The notes: generated by a model from the letters alone, not told the origin. Counted from the whole stretch's first letter, positions 12,890-23,986 are shown. The stretch: 63,712 bases of DNA, filler included, from Perkinsus chesapeaki ATCC PRA-425 (GCA_013115145.1; 6 parts of 6 records of this genome joined end to end with filler, not necessarily neighbours in it), one strand, 5' to 3'. Numbers and translations are program-made.

Positions 12890-14095
12890 ATGGGATGCTT
12901 GAAAGGGAAGTTTTCGGTCATCCACACCTTTCTTAATTTCATTCCACTATTCCTAGGCTGTGCCATCATAGGCCTCTCTATACAGCTCATCGCATACTCT
13001 ATCCATGTGGTGCCAGTATGGACTTCTGTCGTGCTGCTCATCAGCGGTATACTGCTTGTAGTACTGGGGGCATTGGGCTACTGTATTCAGAGGCGCGGGT
13101 TCAATCCCTGGGTGGTGTTTATTTTTTTATTTTTATTTATCGTTCTAGTCGCTCTATTCGCTATATCGGCCAGCTTCTACTCCTATTGGTATGGCAGCAT
13201 GGCAACTCTTGAAGAGGAGCTGCATCAGAACTCGGGCGTTGCTCTGGCGAGCCAGGGTGTTTACTATTCCACCTGGGCGGGGTACGTTGGCCTTTGGTAC
13301 AGTGGAGGGTGCCATGGTGCTGTCCTATGCGATGATCCCAACACGGAGGGGTGTGAGGAGCTACTGGACGAGGCAGGTGAGAGACGGCTAAGGGTGACTG
13401 CACAGGGGGCCTTCCTGTCTGCGGGAAAAGCTAAGCCAGACGCTCGGTGGTTGATGGACGGCGCTATGGGAACGACCACACCTGCGGCGACTACGGCAAT
13501 GGGACCTGGTCCTGGAGAAGGTGAGGAGGGGGTAACGGAGGGTCCGGGTAGAGGCGAGAGCGGTATGAAGGATGATGAGTTGGAAAACTCACACCGGCCG
13601 CAACTTGGTCAGATTTACTGTGACGATGATCTGATAGAAGAATGGATGCGGTTTTGGGCGGCTGAGGACGCGAGCGTTATGCAAATGAGCTTTGATGAGT
13701 GTCTGGAGTATGTTGAGCATATCTCAGAGGGCCACCATATCGAGGAAGGTGCTAACAATGCGTGGTGTCTGAGCCGCTGTGAAGTTGTGGCTACAATCGC
13801 TACCTGTGCCCTGTGGAATATGGTATCTCGGTGGGTTATTGCGGCGTGTTTGGGTGCTGCTTTGACGGGCAATGTACTGTTTCTTCTCAATAGGAGGAGT
13901 AAGCGGGTAACTATGCAGCAGAGGAGGGAGTCGGTATTAGCCGGGCAAGCCGCGGCTGATGCCTCGAACGCTCTAGGAGCGGTGTCCCCAACGGTGACCC
14001 TCACTACGTGCGACTTCTCCCCCAATGGGCACCGCTTTTCCTATGCGAACAGCATAGACCCGCCACCTGAGCCCAGTCGGGTGATCAGCCTGTGA
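12890..14095 (+). CDS. Intronless tetraspanin-like four-TM protein (401 aa), divergent paralog of 11212-12126
   Basis: Same 3+1 TM topology. Loop cysteine motifs (WYSGGCHG...C...C; FDEC...NAWC) align with those of the neighbouring gene, plus an acidic/Gly-rich insertion. Confidence 0.6.
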   Translation: MGCLKGKFSVIHTFLNFIPLFLGCAIIGLSIQLIAYSIHVVPVWTSVVLLISGILLVVLGALGYCIQRRGFNPWVVFIFLFLFIVLVALFAISASFYSYWYGSMATLEEELHQNSGVALASQGVYYSTWAGYVGLWYSGGCHGAVLCDDPNTEGCEELLDEAGERRLRVTAQGAFLSAGKAKPDARWLMDGAMGTTTPAATTAMGPGPGEGEEGVTEGPGRGESGMKDDELENSHRPQLGQIYCDDDLIEEWMRFWAAEDASVMQMSFDECLEYVEHISEGHHIEEGANNAWCLSRCEVVATIATCALWNMVSRWVIAACLGAALTGNVLFLLNRRSKRVTMQQRRESVLAGQAAADASNALGAVSPTVTLTTCDFSPNGHRFSYANSIDPPPEPSRVISL

Positions 14096-14547
14096 ACACC
14101 TATGAAGAGTAGTTGTTGAAGGCTGTGGCCGACTTCCTGGTTGGGACATTTCAGTAAGACTAAGGTTCTCTATTTACTCCAGGAGGAGGTCGTCGTCCGA
14201 AGGTTTCCCACGTATCTTTGACTGCTGCAAGTGCACGTCGATATTTTTCTAAGTAATCTTGTTTTGGTCTCTCCCATATGGGATCATTCTCCTCGAAGGG
14301 GAGGCTAGTGCCACTAAGTAGTGCATACGACCGAATCGGTAACACCGATTGCTGTGTTGAACTGGTAGTCCTCAAGATCGATTTAGATGGTAGATAGAGA
14401 GTGCAATGGATTGATGATAATAATAGTATCTTCTCTCTTTCTGTTGTGCCACCATGATGATCACCGTTTTGATATGATGCTTTGTTGGGTTGCAGTTTAT
14501 CACAGTCATTCTGGGCTGGCGGGAATCATGTGGCTCAGTTTATTAAT

Positions 14548-16029
14548 ATGGTACTGGATTACTCCAAATGGGACAAGCTCGAGGTATCTAGCTCCTCCTC
14601 GTCGTCGTCGGAGAGAGGTGATGACGAAGATATGTATATTGAGGTGATTACTGTTACTCTCCGCTGGTGTAATATCCTCAGGGCGAGCCGCCAGTTACAA
14701 CGACAACTGGTCCGGGGGGGATGCAAGTGCGGTCTTTCAAGAAACCAGTATCGGTTACTCTAGGCCAGGGGAAAAAGGTGCCTCTGCATGCCGAGTATGG
14801 TGAGTGGTATCTCGGTGCATTTGGATTCCTTGGCATTATTTATGCTTTTCAGGATCAACGTCATCGGAGCCTAGAGTAGTGGAGTTGGATGATAGCAGGG
14901 ATTACGTCAATGGAGTGTATATTAGGAACGGCTCTAAATGTGATAGGTAGTATTTTTGTGGGAGGTGATGGAGTCATTATCGTGTGACCATTGGAGTGGC
15001 TGGTGAGTGGTGTGCCCCATAGAGGCTTCGTTGATCGCCTTGGTGGCGAAGCAGGAAATGTTCCCGAGCCCTGGATTCGTCTGCTAATAAGTTTTCGGGC
15101 GGCGTGAAAGCTGCAAAACACTGTCTTTCTGCAGTATGAAAAGTTTTCAACTTCCGGTCACTATTTCATGCATAATTTTTGGGGAAAACCTCGAGATGTC
15201 GGAAACTAATGCTCTCGTGCATGTTTGATCACGTATTGGCTCCGTTTCTGCTGAACGGTTTCATTGACAAGTAATTTGCATCACAGCTTTTCTGTTTTCG
15301 CTTATATGCATTTTAGTAGCGTAGGAACGTACTAAAATTTCCTACGTTCGGGTACGTAGGAAATTCTTACGTTAGCAAAATTCATATACGCGAATTACCG
15401 CAAGGAATTTGGTTGGTAATTGTGGTATAGATACTATTGGTCGCAGAGCAAAGACTCGGTAACTATATCGGTAGTGGTTCCAAAAGGCACTCGCGGAAAG
15501 AATGTCGGAGCGGTAACTGTCGACCATAACCACGTTTTAAGGCTCGATCTTACAGGTAGGAAGAGCCTAGCTGTGCCTCGGCAGAGAGGATATGTTACTA
15601 CTGGCTCAGACTCACCAGCGTACTTTGAAGGCAGGCTGGAATTTCCCGTAAAAATGGATGACCCAGATGAGGATATAAGTTGGGAAATGAAGGACGTAAG
15701 GTGGGCTACTGTGTGTATGGTTTACGCTATGGACAGGTCGACGACGCGTCGCACCGAGTTGTAGAGATATCTTTGCGGAAGAGTGCACCATTGATGCCCG
15801 GACTTATTACGTGGTGGTCGGATGCTATTAAAGATGGGGATGCCGAAGTTGATGTAACGAACCTCGCTGACCGGCGGAAAGATTCCAACATGGCACAAGT
15901 CGGTTTGCGCCCTTCCTGTTTTGAGAGGTAATATGTTGCTCATCTCAGGTTCAAGCGGCGTGGAAGGAAGCGCAAGAAGCGTTTAAACAAAAACGAAAAG
16001 AACCCCAGGATAAGATTGATCTAAGTTGA
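14548..16029 (+). CDS. Spliced NudC-family / CS (p23-like) domain co-chaperone
   Basis: Starts MVLDYSKWDKLEVS. CS-domain exons YYWSQSKDSVTISVVVPKGTRGKNV, YFEGRLEFPVKMDD...ISWEM and VEISLRKS...TWWSDAIKDGDAEVDVTNL. Ends AWKEAQEAFKQKRKEPQDKIDLS*, in line with NudC C-termini. Confidence 0.75.
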
Positions 16030-16090
16030 GATACACCGAAATTTACCCAACGCGTTAAACCGTTTCTTCTTTGGTATAGTTTGGTTATGA

Positions 16091-16466
16091 GTGAAATTGG
16101 GTGGGTGCTACACAGTCATCGCGGAGGTTCAGGTGTTTTCTTTGAGCTTCATATTGCTTGTCATTATGCGGCGGCTGCAATCCATAGAGATTCGAGCATA
16201 TCCAAGCCCTGAGGCTCTAGTATCCATAGGATTCAAAGGTTCACTAGAGGAGGAGCGCTGGCGTGTAACGAAGGATGGGGCTCGGATTATCAAAAAGTGA
16301 TGAGTGGGCTCCAAAAATGGTGTTAAGTTATATCCACCTCAGGATAGCGGAGGCCTCACCTTTTAGCGAGCTGACACCTGAGCCGACAGCTACTGATGTG
16401 AAGGAGGTCCTTGAGCTGGTTAGAGAGCATACGAGGCTTCCAGTAATATATTGGGATGTGGCGTAG
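16091..16466 (+). CDS. Hypothetical protein (probably spliced)
   Basis: Overlapping ORFs with protein-like composition (EALVSIGFKGSLEEERWRVTKDG; ELTPEPTATDVKEVLELVREHTRLPVIYWDVA*). No recognisable family. Confidence 0.3.
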
Positions 16467-17130
16467 GCAACTCCTAAGGTTCCCATGGTGTTGCAGACCT
16501 TCAAAGTGAGATGGGAACTTAGGCCTAACCTTGCCCACGTTGCCTTGTCGGCAGCCGATCATGGGCTCGACCGGGGAGAGATTGATCTGAAAGAATCTTC
16601 CTGGAAGATGCATACTCTCTTCTAGCAGTTGTTGTGGGATTTTTGGGCATGGTATCATGCGGGTGCAGCTCTCTGGGTGTTTTTCGCGACTGGTTTCCTT
16701 ATACCCTTCAAAAATAATTGTTTAGTCCATTTCGTCTTTACCAACGGAGTTAACCCGCTTCAGTCTAAATGGTGTAGTCATCAAGCCTGGTTAGGGAAAG
16801 AGATCACTGGTAGAGTCGATCGTTGAGTTCAAATGGAAACTGAAGGAATAACTCTTCCTGCCGGAATATCCATTGAATCTCAGTAAAGGAGCCATGATCT
16901 GTCCATGAGGACTCTACAAACAAATGCTACCCACTGCGTCTACTTCATTGGTAGAAGCACTATTCGTTCTCGGTGGCAGATTCATTGACCCCGAGATGAG
17001 TCCCTTCAAAGAAAGAGGTACCCGAGTTCCCATTATCGGGCACTCGCTACTTCACACAATTGCCTTAGCCTAAAGTGTGGGTACGTTTGGTTTGTTCGAG
17101 TCGGAATTCCTTAATTACTTGTCTCCTTAG

Positions 17131-17958
17131 GTTGTCGGTCTGGAGCGGGAGTTCATCGACTTGACTCAGCGTCAACGGCTGGGCCGTAAGCATGGTGGTG
17201 CGCATAACGTCAAGTATAGCTCGCTGACTTGTCGATCGGCGACGGGAGGCAGCGATAGCCGACCTGCTCCGGGAAAGCAATCGGCACCGTCAGTCGGCAG
17301 TACGCTGCCGTCTACTCTGGATGGCATTAGTGCAAGCGCTTCGTCCATATGTGGTACCGTTCCATCGTCCATCGACAACCCCAATGATGTATTATGGAAC
17401 TTCCGTGGGAGACTTGGGGAGAAGTTGCAACAGGCTTTGGGGCGGAATCCTGATGCGTCCGAGCTCTGCTTCTCGTACGAGCCGCTAGAAAGAGGCGGTG
17501 GGTTTATTTGTACGGTGAAAGTTTTTGGACTGGAGTTTCGGTCTGATCCCTACCCAAAGAAGAAGCTGGCGGACCAGGATGCATGTCGATGTGCTCTCGA
17601 GTCCTGGGACACGCTATTGCAAGATGCGGTGTCGATGCGAGCGGAAGCTACCCGACAGATTGGCCCTGACTATGGCGTATCCAGAATGGATGCGAAGAGC
17701 CGCTTGAATCATGCATTGCAGCGGAGGCTTGGCAGGCCTGTTACTCGTGTTGATGTAACGTACCAGACTGAGTCGACCGATGGCAGTGAGAACTTGTTTA
17801 AGTCCACTCTGCGCCTTGTGTGCTTGCCTGGTGGACGGTCGTTCATCGGGTACGGAGCATTGAGCAAGGGTAGTGCAGAGCAGGACGCTGCGGGAACTGC
17901 TCTGGATTGGTTGGATTCACAACCGATTTCGGAAAGTTTCGAGAACCACGTCAACTAA
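17131..17958 (+). CDS. Protein with two double-stranded RNA-binding (dsRBD-like) domains, 3' exon; upstream exons not resolved
   Basis: Acceptor CCTTAG| at 17130. Repeat 1 FRGRLGEKLQ...GFICTVKVFGLEFRSDPYPKKKLADQDACRCALE and repeat 2 AKSRLNHALQ...FKSTLRL...FIGYGALSKGSAEQDAAGTALDWL both match the dsRBD alpha-beta-beta-beta-alpha signature (K-x-x-A-E/D-Q-x-A-A/C). Confidence 0.75.
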   Translation, partial: VVGLEREFIDLTQRQRLGRKHGGAHNVKYSSLTCRSATGGSDSRPAPGKQSAPSVGSTLPSTLDGISASASSICGTVPSSIDNPNDVLWNFRGRLGEKLQQALGRNPDASELCFSYEPLERGGGFICTVKVFGLEFRSDPYPKKKLADQDACRCALESWDTLLQDAVSMRAEATRQIGPDYGVSRMDAKSRLNHALQRRLGRPVTRVDVTYQTESTDGSENLFKSTLRLVCLPGGRSFIGYGALSKGSAEQDAAGTALDWLDSQPISESFENHVN

Positions 17959-18199
17959 CAATGCCTGACTATTTTTATCTTCGGCTTCTCCCTCATGTTG
18001 CATAGCTTTCCTGCGGCCACCAGACTCACGACTGCGATCAGTCATGAGTCTTCCACGGCCTACTGTTGTTGCTGCTGTTGCGAATGAACCCTACGTGGCC
18101 TAGCCAACTGTATCCATTAGTTCTGGTACCTCCCCACTCGCCACTTGGCTATCTGACAGGCCCCACTTTGTCCCGCACCATTGTATTGAGTCAGTGTTG

Positions 18200-19179
18200 A
18201 GTTACAGGGACTTTTGCCAACTTTTTCAGTTTCGTAAATGAAGACAGGGAAGGCTGTGGGGCGGCATAGCGGCCCCAAGCGGAACGTTGCCAAGCTGCCG
18301 GCATCTGTTAGGATCCGCAAGCCAGCTGCCAGTGATGCAAGCGAGAGCCTCGGCAGGTCCTTCCAAGAGGGTTGGAACTCCAGTGTGATACAGTGTTAGT
18401 TCTTCGGCAATGTCTCAAGGTTTCTGTTGTAGGTGCGGCTTCAGCTGCAAGAGGTATCGAATGAGCAACAACCCTCCAAAAAGCAGTCGGCGCTACGGGA
18501 TCGATATGTTTCGATAGGGGTTGATGCCACCTTCATGGCATTGCAGTCCGGTCAGTGCTTGGCGGTTATCATGCCTGCCTCTCCCGGGTAAAGGTAACAA
18601 CCAAAGTGATTGAGGAATTTCCCGTTGGTAGTTCGTATAAACTGAACCGGCATATTTGCCTTGGTTGTCAAATTAAAGGCGTTCCCTTTGTCCTTCTATC
18701 ATTGGAAGGTTGGAAGCTTGTATGTTGTGCGTTGGGGGTCAGTCGCTTGACCGCTGTCGGCTTCAAGGTCAGTTTTACCGCTTGCGCGTCAACTTCCTTC
18801 ATTTGACCTCCTTCAGCCGTTCGCTGGCACACTCCCGTCGCTGAGCTCGGTGATAGCAGCGGTGAAGGAGGCATCATCTTTGGCTGGGCAGTATGGAGGC
18901 TTCCCTCAGCCCATGCCCTGGGACACCCAGACGCTCAATGTAGGACCTGCTAGTTCCCGAGTCTTGCAAACGGTAGTCTGACAGATATCCGATTTCATGC
19001 GAAGTTCTCGTAAACATGTAGTGGAGAGCTCAGGTGGGTCGACGAGCTCGCCTGCGCCCACAGAGTGTGATGCTGAGATGCCTCCGATCGAGGCCGTTAA
19101 GGAGGCAGAGGCCGCTTTACCAACTCCTCAGCAGGATGATACGCTGTATGATATATTGGACCAGATGCTGGACGATTGA
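18200..19179 (+). CDS. Hypothetical spliced protein (extent uncertain)
   Basis: Exon-like segments PFAGTLPSLSSVIAAVKEASSLAGQYGGFPQPMPWD and a terminal ...PTPQQDDTLYDILDQMLDD*. No family recognised. Confidence 0.3.
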
Positions 19180-19263
19180 ATGCATTCGCTGTACGTTTCT
19201 TTCCCAGCAGATTTCTGTTGCGCTTAGTTCTTCCGATGATGATTTTGCCGTAGCTACTTGGCG

Positions 19264-20195
19264 ATGGGTTTTCTGACGCGAAGAGGTTTCGTTGTTGCTA
19301 ATATCGCCGCAGCTTGCACGGCAAGCATGGAGTCTTACCCCAGCTGCGCAAAGGTCAATCAAGCCTACCTGCCCAGAGAAGGTCAGAAAAATCACATACC
19401 TTCGCCGCCTTTTACGGTTTATCAGTTGTTGCCGACATCGCCGATTCGAGTCACTGCAGTTCAACTTCGGACCGAATCGGCGGGTCTGTTGTGAATAGCG
19501 TGGCCGAATGTGCTGTGAGATGCTCGGAACTGTCCTCCACGTGTAGCTATTGGACGGTTGGCGTTGTGAGAAAGGGACATCGAGTTCGGTCCACGCATGT
19601 GTTGAATGCTGCTCTATTGTAGAGCCTGAAGGGAGCTTCTATACGGATAGGGGCGTTCATGTTGTTCATGTTCATCCTGTACGTTCAAGGTTGCTGGCGA
19701 CTTGATGTGTTGGCCTATCCCGGCCTATCAGACGATTCTACCGACGAGCTCCACGGTAAGCTGCTCTCGCGAAATATAGAGTATCAATAGGCCTATCTGC
19801 TCTGCATGGAATGGCGTTCTGAGGGGGCATGTTTGATATGGCGATGCTTTGCAGGGTTTCGCATCGGGGGCGCGTGACTGCTGCCCTCTGGCCTTTCCCG
19901 AGTGCGTTTCCAAGGACACCATCTACGATGGGCCGAATACTACTGTCTGGTTCGACGCTGTTGCTTATGGTAGTGATGGAAAGCGAGGCTGCTATCAGGT
20001 AGGGTGAGATTCTCCTTATACCACTCTCAGTTGTATCAGGAAGACTGCTCTTGGACGGATGCCTTCAGCTCGAAGGGCATCGAAGGGTGCGCGGCGGTCT
20101 GCGCAGGCGTGGCCGGCTGCGCCTTCTGGAGCTACGATGACGAATTAGGCTCTTGCACTTTGAGGTTACCGATGTTGGCAAGCAGCGCTGGTTAA
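19264..20195 (+). CDS. Spliced secreted PAN/apple-domain protein (3' end uncertain)
   Basis: Hydrophobic N-terminus. Motifs SVAECAVRCSELSSTCSYWT and GIEGCAAVCAGVAGCAFWSYDDELGSCTLR match the PAN/apple pattern C-x3-C-x5/6-C-x2-W/F-S/T-Y...C-x-L. Confidence 0.55.
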
Positions 20196-21619
20196 ATGCC
20201 TGTATAGGTCTGATAGAGCTAGGAGCCGTACGGGGCCTGGGGTGGTATCCGGTACGAGGCTATGTGGGGAAGTTGCCCTCTTTGTGCGCAAGAGGGGGCC
20301 AGAACAGGTAGACTAGCGCCGCACATTGCAGCACCCATTGAGAAGCTGATGGCTAACAGCGCTCTTATCAAATGCCTCGACACTCCTCCGCTCGTGCACT
20401 GTCAATGCGAGGCTGAGTCGACTACTTTGTGGTGTTCAGAATGACAATGGCTGTTGGGCTGCGGGCTTCACCGCCAGCTTATGTTGCGACGAAAGATACG
20501 GTCCGGAGGGAAACACTGTTTGCTGGGATGCCATACATACGTAACCTACCCAGTGTGGGCCCCCAGTCAAGGTCCTGTCCCAGGTATCATAGGTGTTGCA
20601 GAGCTAACGTGGCCGGGCGGTATCAACATGCACATGTCTCAGAGGAACTGTAGGCTTTGTTTTGTCGTTGAGTTCTCCTTGTTCTGCTTCGGTCTATAGC
20701 AGTTGTTAAGATCCTCCACTATGGACCCACTCATTCCTGGCATGGTGCCAGCCCCAGCGGGTGGTGCTCCACGAGTTTACACATCTCAGTGGCCAACCGA
20801 TGCACAACAGCACTCTGTGAAGGCTCGAGGAGACGAGAGTAAATCGTGTCAGCTTACCGTGAACGGAAAACTGTCTGGCAGGCACCTCGCAGGCCTCGAC
20901 TATGGCGGGCACGACTTATGCCTGTTCAGATCCCTATATGCTACAATCACCTGGACCAAGCCCTTATGCTACTATTGATGGCATGTAGCGGAAAAAACGG
21001 TATGTCGCTTAGTGTTGCAGGGCATAACTCAGGTCCATCTCAACCCCAACTTTAACCCTGTCTCCTATTCAACCGGCTCGGCGTCAGCCTGAGCACCATC
21101 CTATTATACTTCCTTTTCGAGAGGGGGAATGGACTCAATACAATTCGGTGGGGCCACTTGGTACGATGTTGTTTTTCACATGGCATTAGTCAGTTACGTA
21201 GCATCTCCCATGATAATAACGTTGATGACCACCTCAACAACAACACGTATGACCAGTTTGTGAGCACATGTCGGAAAGACAGCGATCACACTGAGGCTTT
21301 GAACGTGGGTCACATTGCCGTCATTTTTACTTCACTCCCGAGATCTGTCTCAACTCCAGGGAAAAGCATGGCGTGATTTTGGAAGGGATCTGTCTTCTAG
21401 CGAAGCATGTGTAACTTGCATGATGTTGCATGTTGTCAGATTAGAATCGAAGATGAGCACGAGAACGATATCGATAATAACGATGCTGCCTGCCTGAGTA
21501 TCGAGCACACATGCGGCTGTCCGTCCAGGGCGCGACCGAAAGTGTAAGCGCCTAACCACCACCATTTTTCTCTATTTCCCGTTCAATAGGTATAGCTTCT
21601 TCGGCGCTAAGATCCGCGG

Positions 21620-21944
21620 GTGCTGGTGACGCTGAATTGTCTGCACCACACTGCCCGGTTCTTCCGATAATGTACAATTGCTTGGACTACCTCGTGGAAC
21701 ACAACCGGCTTTGCTCGGTTCCACGGTGGCAGCTTGTGGTAACCTCCGCTTGACTGAGGTTTTCTGCTGGTCTTGTTCCGGTTGTGTGTTTCAATCAGAA
21801 AGTGGGTCTGCGGGAGGAGGCTCCTTCGGTCGCATGGGATCATGCCGTGCTCGAGTGTCCTTACTTCCCTCGCTGCCGAGCCTGGCTTGCCTCTTCGGGT
21901 CTCGTACACTTCGGGGAAGCGTCGTTCTCTGCTTGCGTGCTCTA
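21620..21944 (+). pseudogene. Possible degenerate 3' remnant of a non-LTR retrotransposon ORF2 (CCHC tail)
   Basis: WVCG in one frame followed by EEAPSVAWDHAVLECPYFPRCR in another resembles the LINE C-terminal C-x-C-G...E-x-x-x-H-x-L-x-x-C-P...R knuckle. In-frame stops are present. Confidence 0.3.
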
Positions 21945-22443
21945 GTCAGAGATCGGCCGCTTGACTGACTCCCTCAGTTTGAACCGCTTAACGTGTTGTT
22001 AATGCAAGCGACGCTCCGGAGTCGTGCGACTAGGTCGTCGACACGGTTGAGGAAAATGGGGAAAGACGCTCACTCGGGTACACCTGGGGTGGCACTGCCA
22101 CTACATTCCTGTGGTTAGATTCATCGCCGGACTCTCTCTTCTCTCCCAGCCCAGCATCGCCCGGCCAGGGTTCGGCGGGCGATGCGGAAGTCTTCGATAC
22201 TTGTGTAGGTTCTGATCGAGTGAGTGATTAAAGCGTTGTTCGCTTAGGTGGCGGAAGCTGCCAGAGAGGCAGAACGCAGCGGACCGTCGTCGACGCCACC
22301 AGCTAAGCGTGTGAGGCTGGACGGTGCGGAGAGTGTGACCAGGACTGCGTAGCATAACTGAGGCGAATAGCGCTGCATTGTTAGGATATCTCAGGTCGAA
22401 GAGTGCTCCTGCTGCGCGCCGCGCACGCGAGAGCACGTCGACC

Positions 22444-23967
22444 ATGGCGACCACTCCGGGCTTGCGCATAGATGGTCCGCGCGATGCTGATTTGCGAGCC
22501 GATGATAATAATGCGGGTGTAGCCAATGACGTGATTTGCGATGGTAAGCTAAACAGTGGTGATGCTTTGACTTCGTGTAGGTCCGATGTTATTGGATCGC
22601 CTACGGGCCCCCGAGAAAGACGGCGGAGCAGGACTGACTACGGCGGATATCCAGAAACTGATGGATCAAGGCATAGGTGCGAATCACGAGCATGCCGCCG
22701 TGTCGGAGGAGCTCTTATTGAATTCATTGGTTTGTCGCTTCTCTGTCGCCGGCAGACTCCTGTTGAACCTTTCTTGTCTCGCTCAGGTACGGTAGAGGCA
22801 TTGGCCTTCACTCCCATTCGCCACATCAACAACTTACGCGGAATATCAGATCAGAAAGCAGAACGGCTGAAGAAGGCGGCTGTTACTCTCGTAAGATACA
22901 ACAGTCAGAATACAACAGCATTTCCAGGTTAAATAAAATTCAATCTCACTTGGTAGTTCCATTTTGCAGGAGCGACGTGCACGGCCATATTCGTGGCATG
23001 CTGAGCCCGCTCCTCCTGCGCTGCGACAGCGCCTCTGTGAAAGAGGTGGTATTGATGTTGCAAAATTTATAATTGTGAGAAATGTGTGGTCGATGCAGGG
23101 CTCGAACCTGCGACCCTCGCGTTATTAGCACGATGCTCTAACCGACTGAGCTAAACGACCGTTGATGAAGAAAGTGTCCAAACTCCTTTCTCTGGGCGAG
23201 CGAAATGTATTCCTTGTGACGTATAGAAGTAAATTACGCACTATAGTTTAGTCACTATACTCGAATGCTGCCCCGAATCGGCATTGCTGACTTCTTTGGT
23301 TAGCTCTCACGTTACGTGAGAGTGAGTCACGTACAGTAGAATAATTATATAACCCTCCACGGTCTCACGTCAGGTGCCGATGGGGTTCCAGTCGGCAGGT
23401 CAGTACCTGGAGCAGCGCTCAAGCATGATACGAATCAGTACCGGATGTAAGGCTATCGATTATGGCTTCTCGGTCTTCGGTCGGAGTTACGTTAGTAGTA
23501 GCGAGAAGCGTCAGCCCCACGCTCTGTTACCTATCAGAAGGCACTTAGTCACAACCTTCCCCACCGCAGGCGGGCTCCTATGCTCCGCAATTGAGCTCAT
23601 ATGCTTCGTGACTATAGGCAGCAGCTCTCTGCCTTGGACTGCCTACTGTGAGTGTGGGCAGGTCCTAGCATTGATACCTTGCTCTGCGGTGGCATCGAGA
23701 CTGGCTCTATCACAGAGATTTTCGGAGAGTCTAGGGCTGGTAAGTGGGATGAATGCGGCGGGAACATCTGTGGGTTGTCAGGTAAATCACAGTTTTGCCA
23801 TGCCCTCTGCGTGGCAGCCCAGTTGCCTATCTGCCAGGGTGGAGCAGCTGGGCGATCTATGTCAGTTTATACTTCATAGCATCTGATGAGCAAGGATCAG
23901 GTATATCGATACGGAGGGCACTTTCCGTCCGGAGAGACTTATGGATATGGGGCAAAAATGGGGCCTG
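22444..23967 (+). CDS. RAD51: RAD51 recombinase, 5' partial gene truncated by the contig end
   Basis: Spliced translation MATTPG...GPMLLDRL...[23 protein letters not shown]...[16 protein letters not shown]...VPMGFQSA...[91 protein letters not shown] and [13 protein letters not shown] favour RAD51 over DMC1. Confidence 0.88.
23087..23160 (-). tRNA. tRNA-Ile(AAT), antisense inside a RAD51 intron
   Basis: Reverse complement GGTCGTTTAGCTCAGTCGGTTAGAGCATCGTGCTAATAACGCGAGGGTCGCAGGTTCGAGCCCTGCATCGACCA: acceptor stem, D arm with A box, anticodon loop CT-AAT-AA, T arm GGTTCGAG, and a T run downstream. Confidence 0.95.
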
Positions 23968-23986
23968 GTAGGTGTTCGCTTTCATA

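Noticed and set aside
23464-23480. GCTTCTCGG resembling the 5' end of U2 snRNA in a RAD51 intron
   Set aside because: Only 9 nt match. The branch-point recognition sequence GTGTAGTA, stem IIa and the Sm site are not present in the right context.
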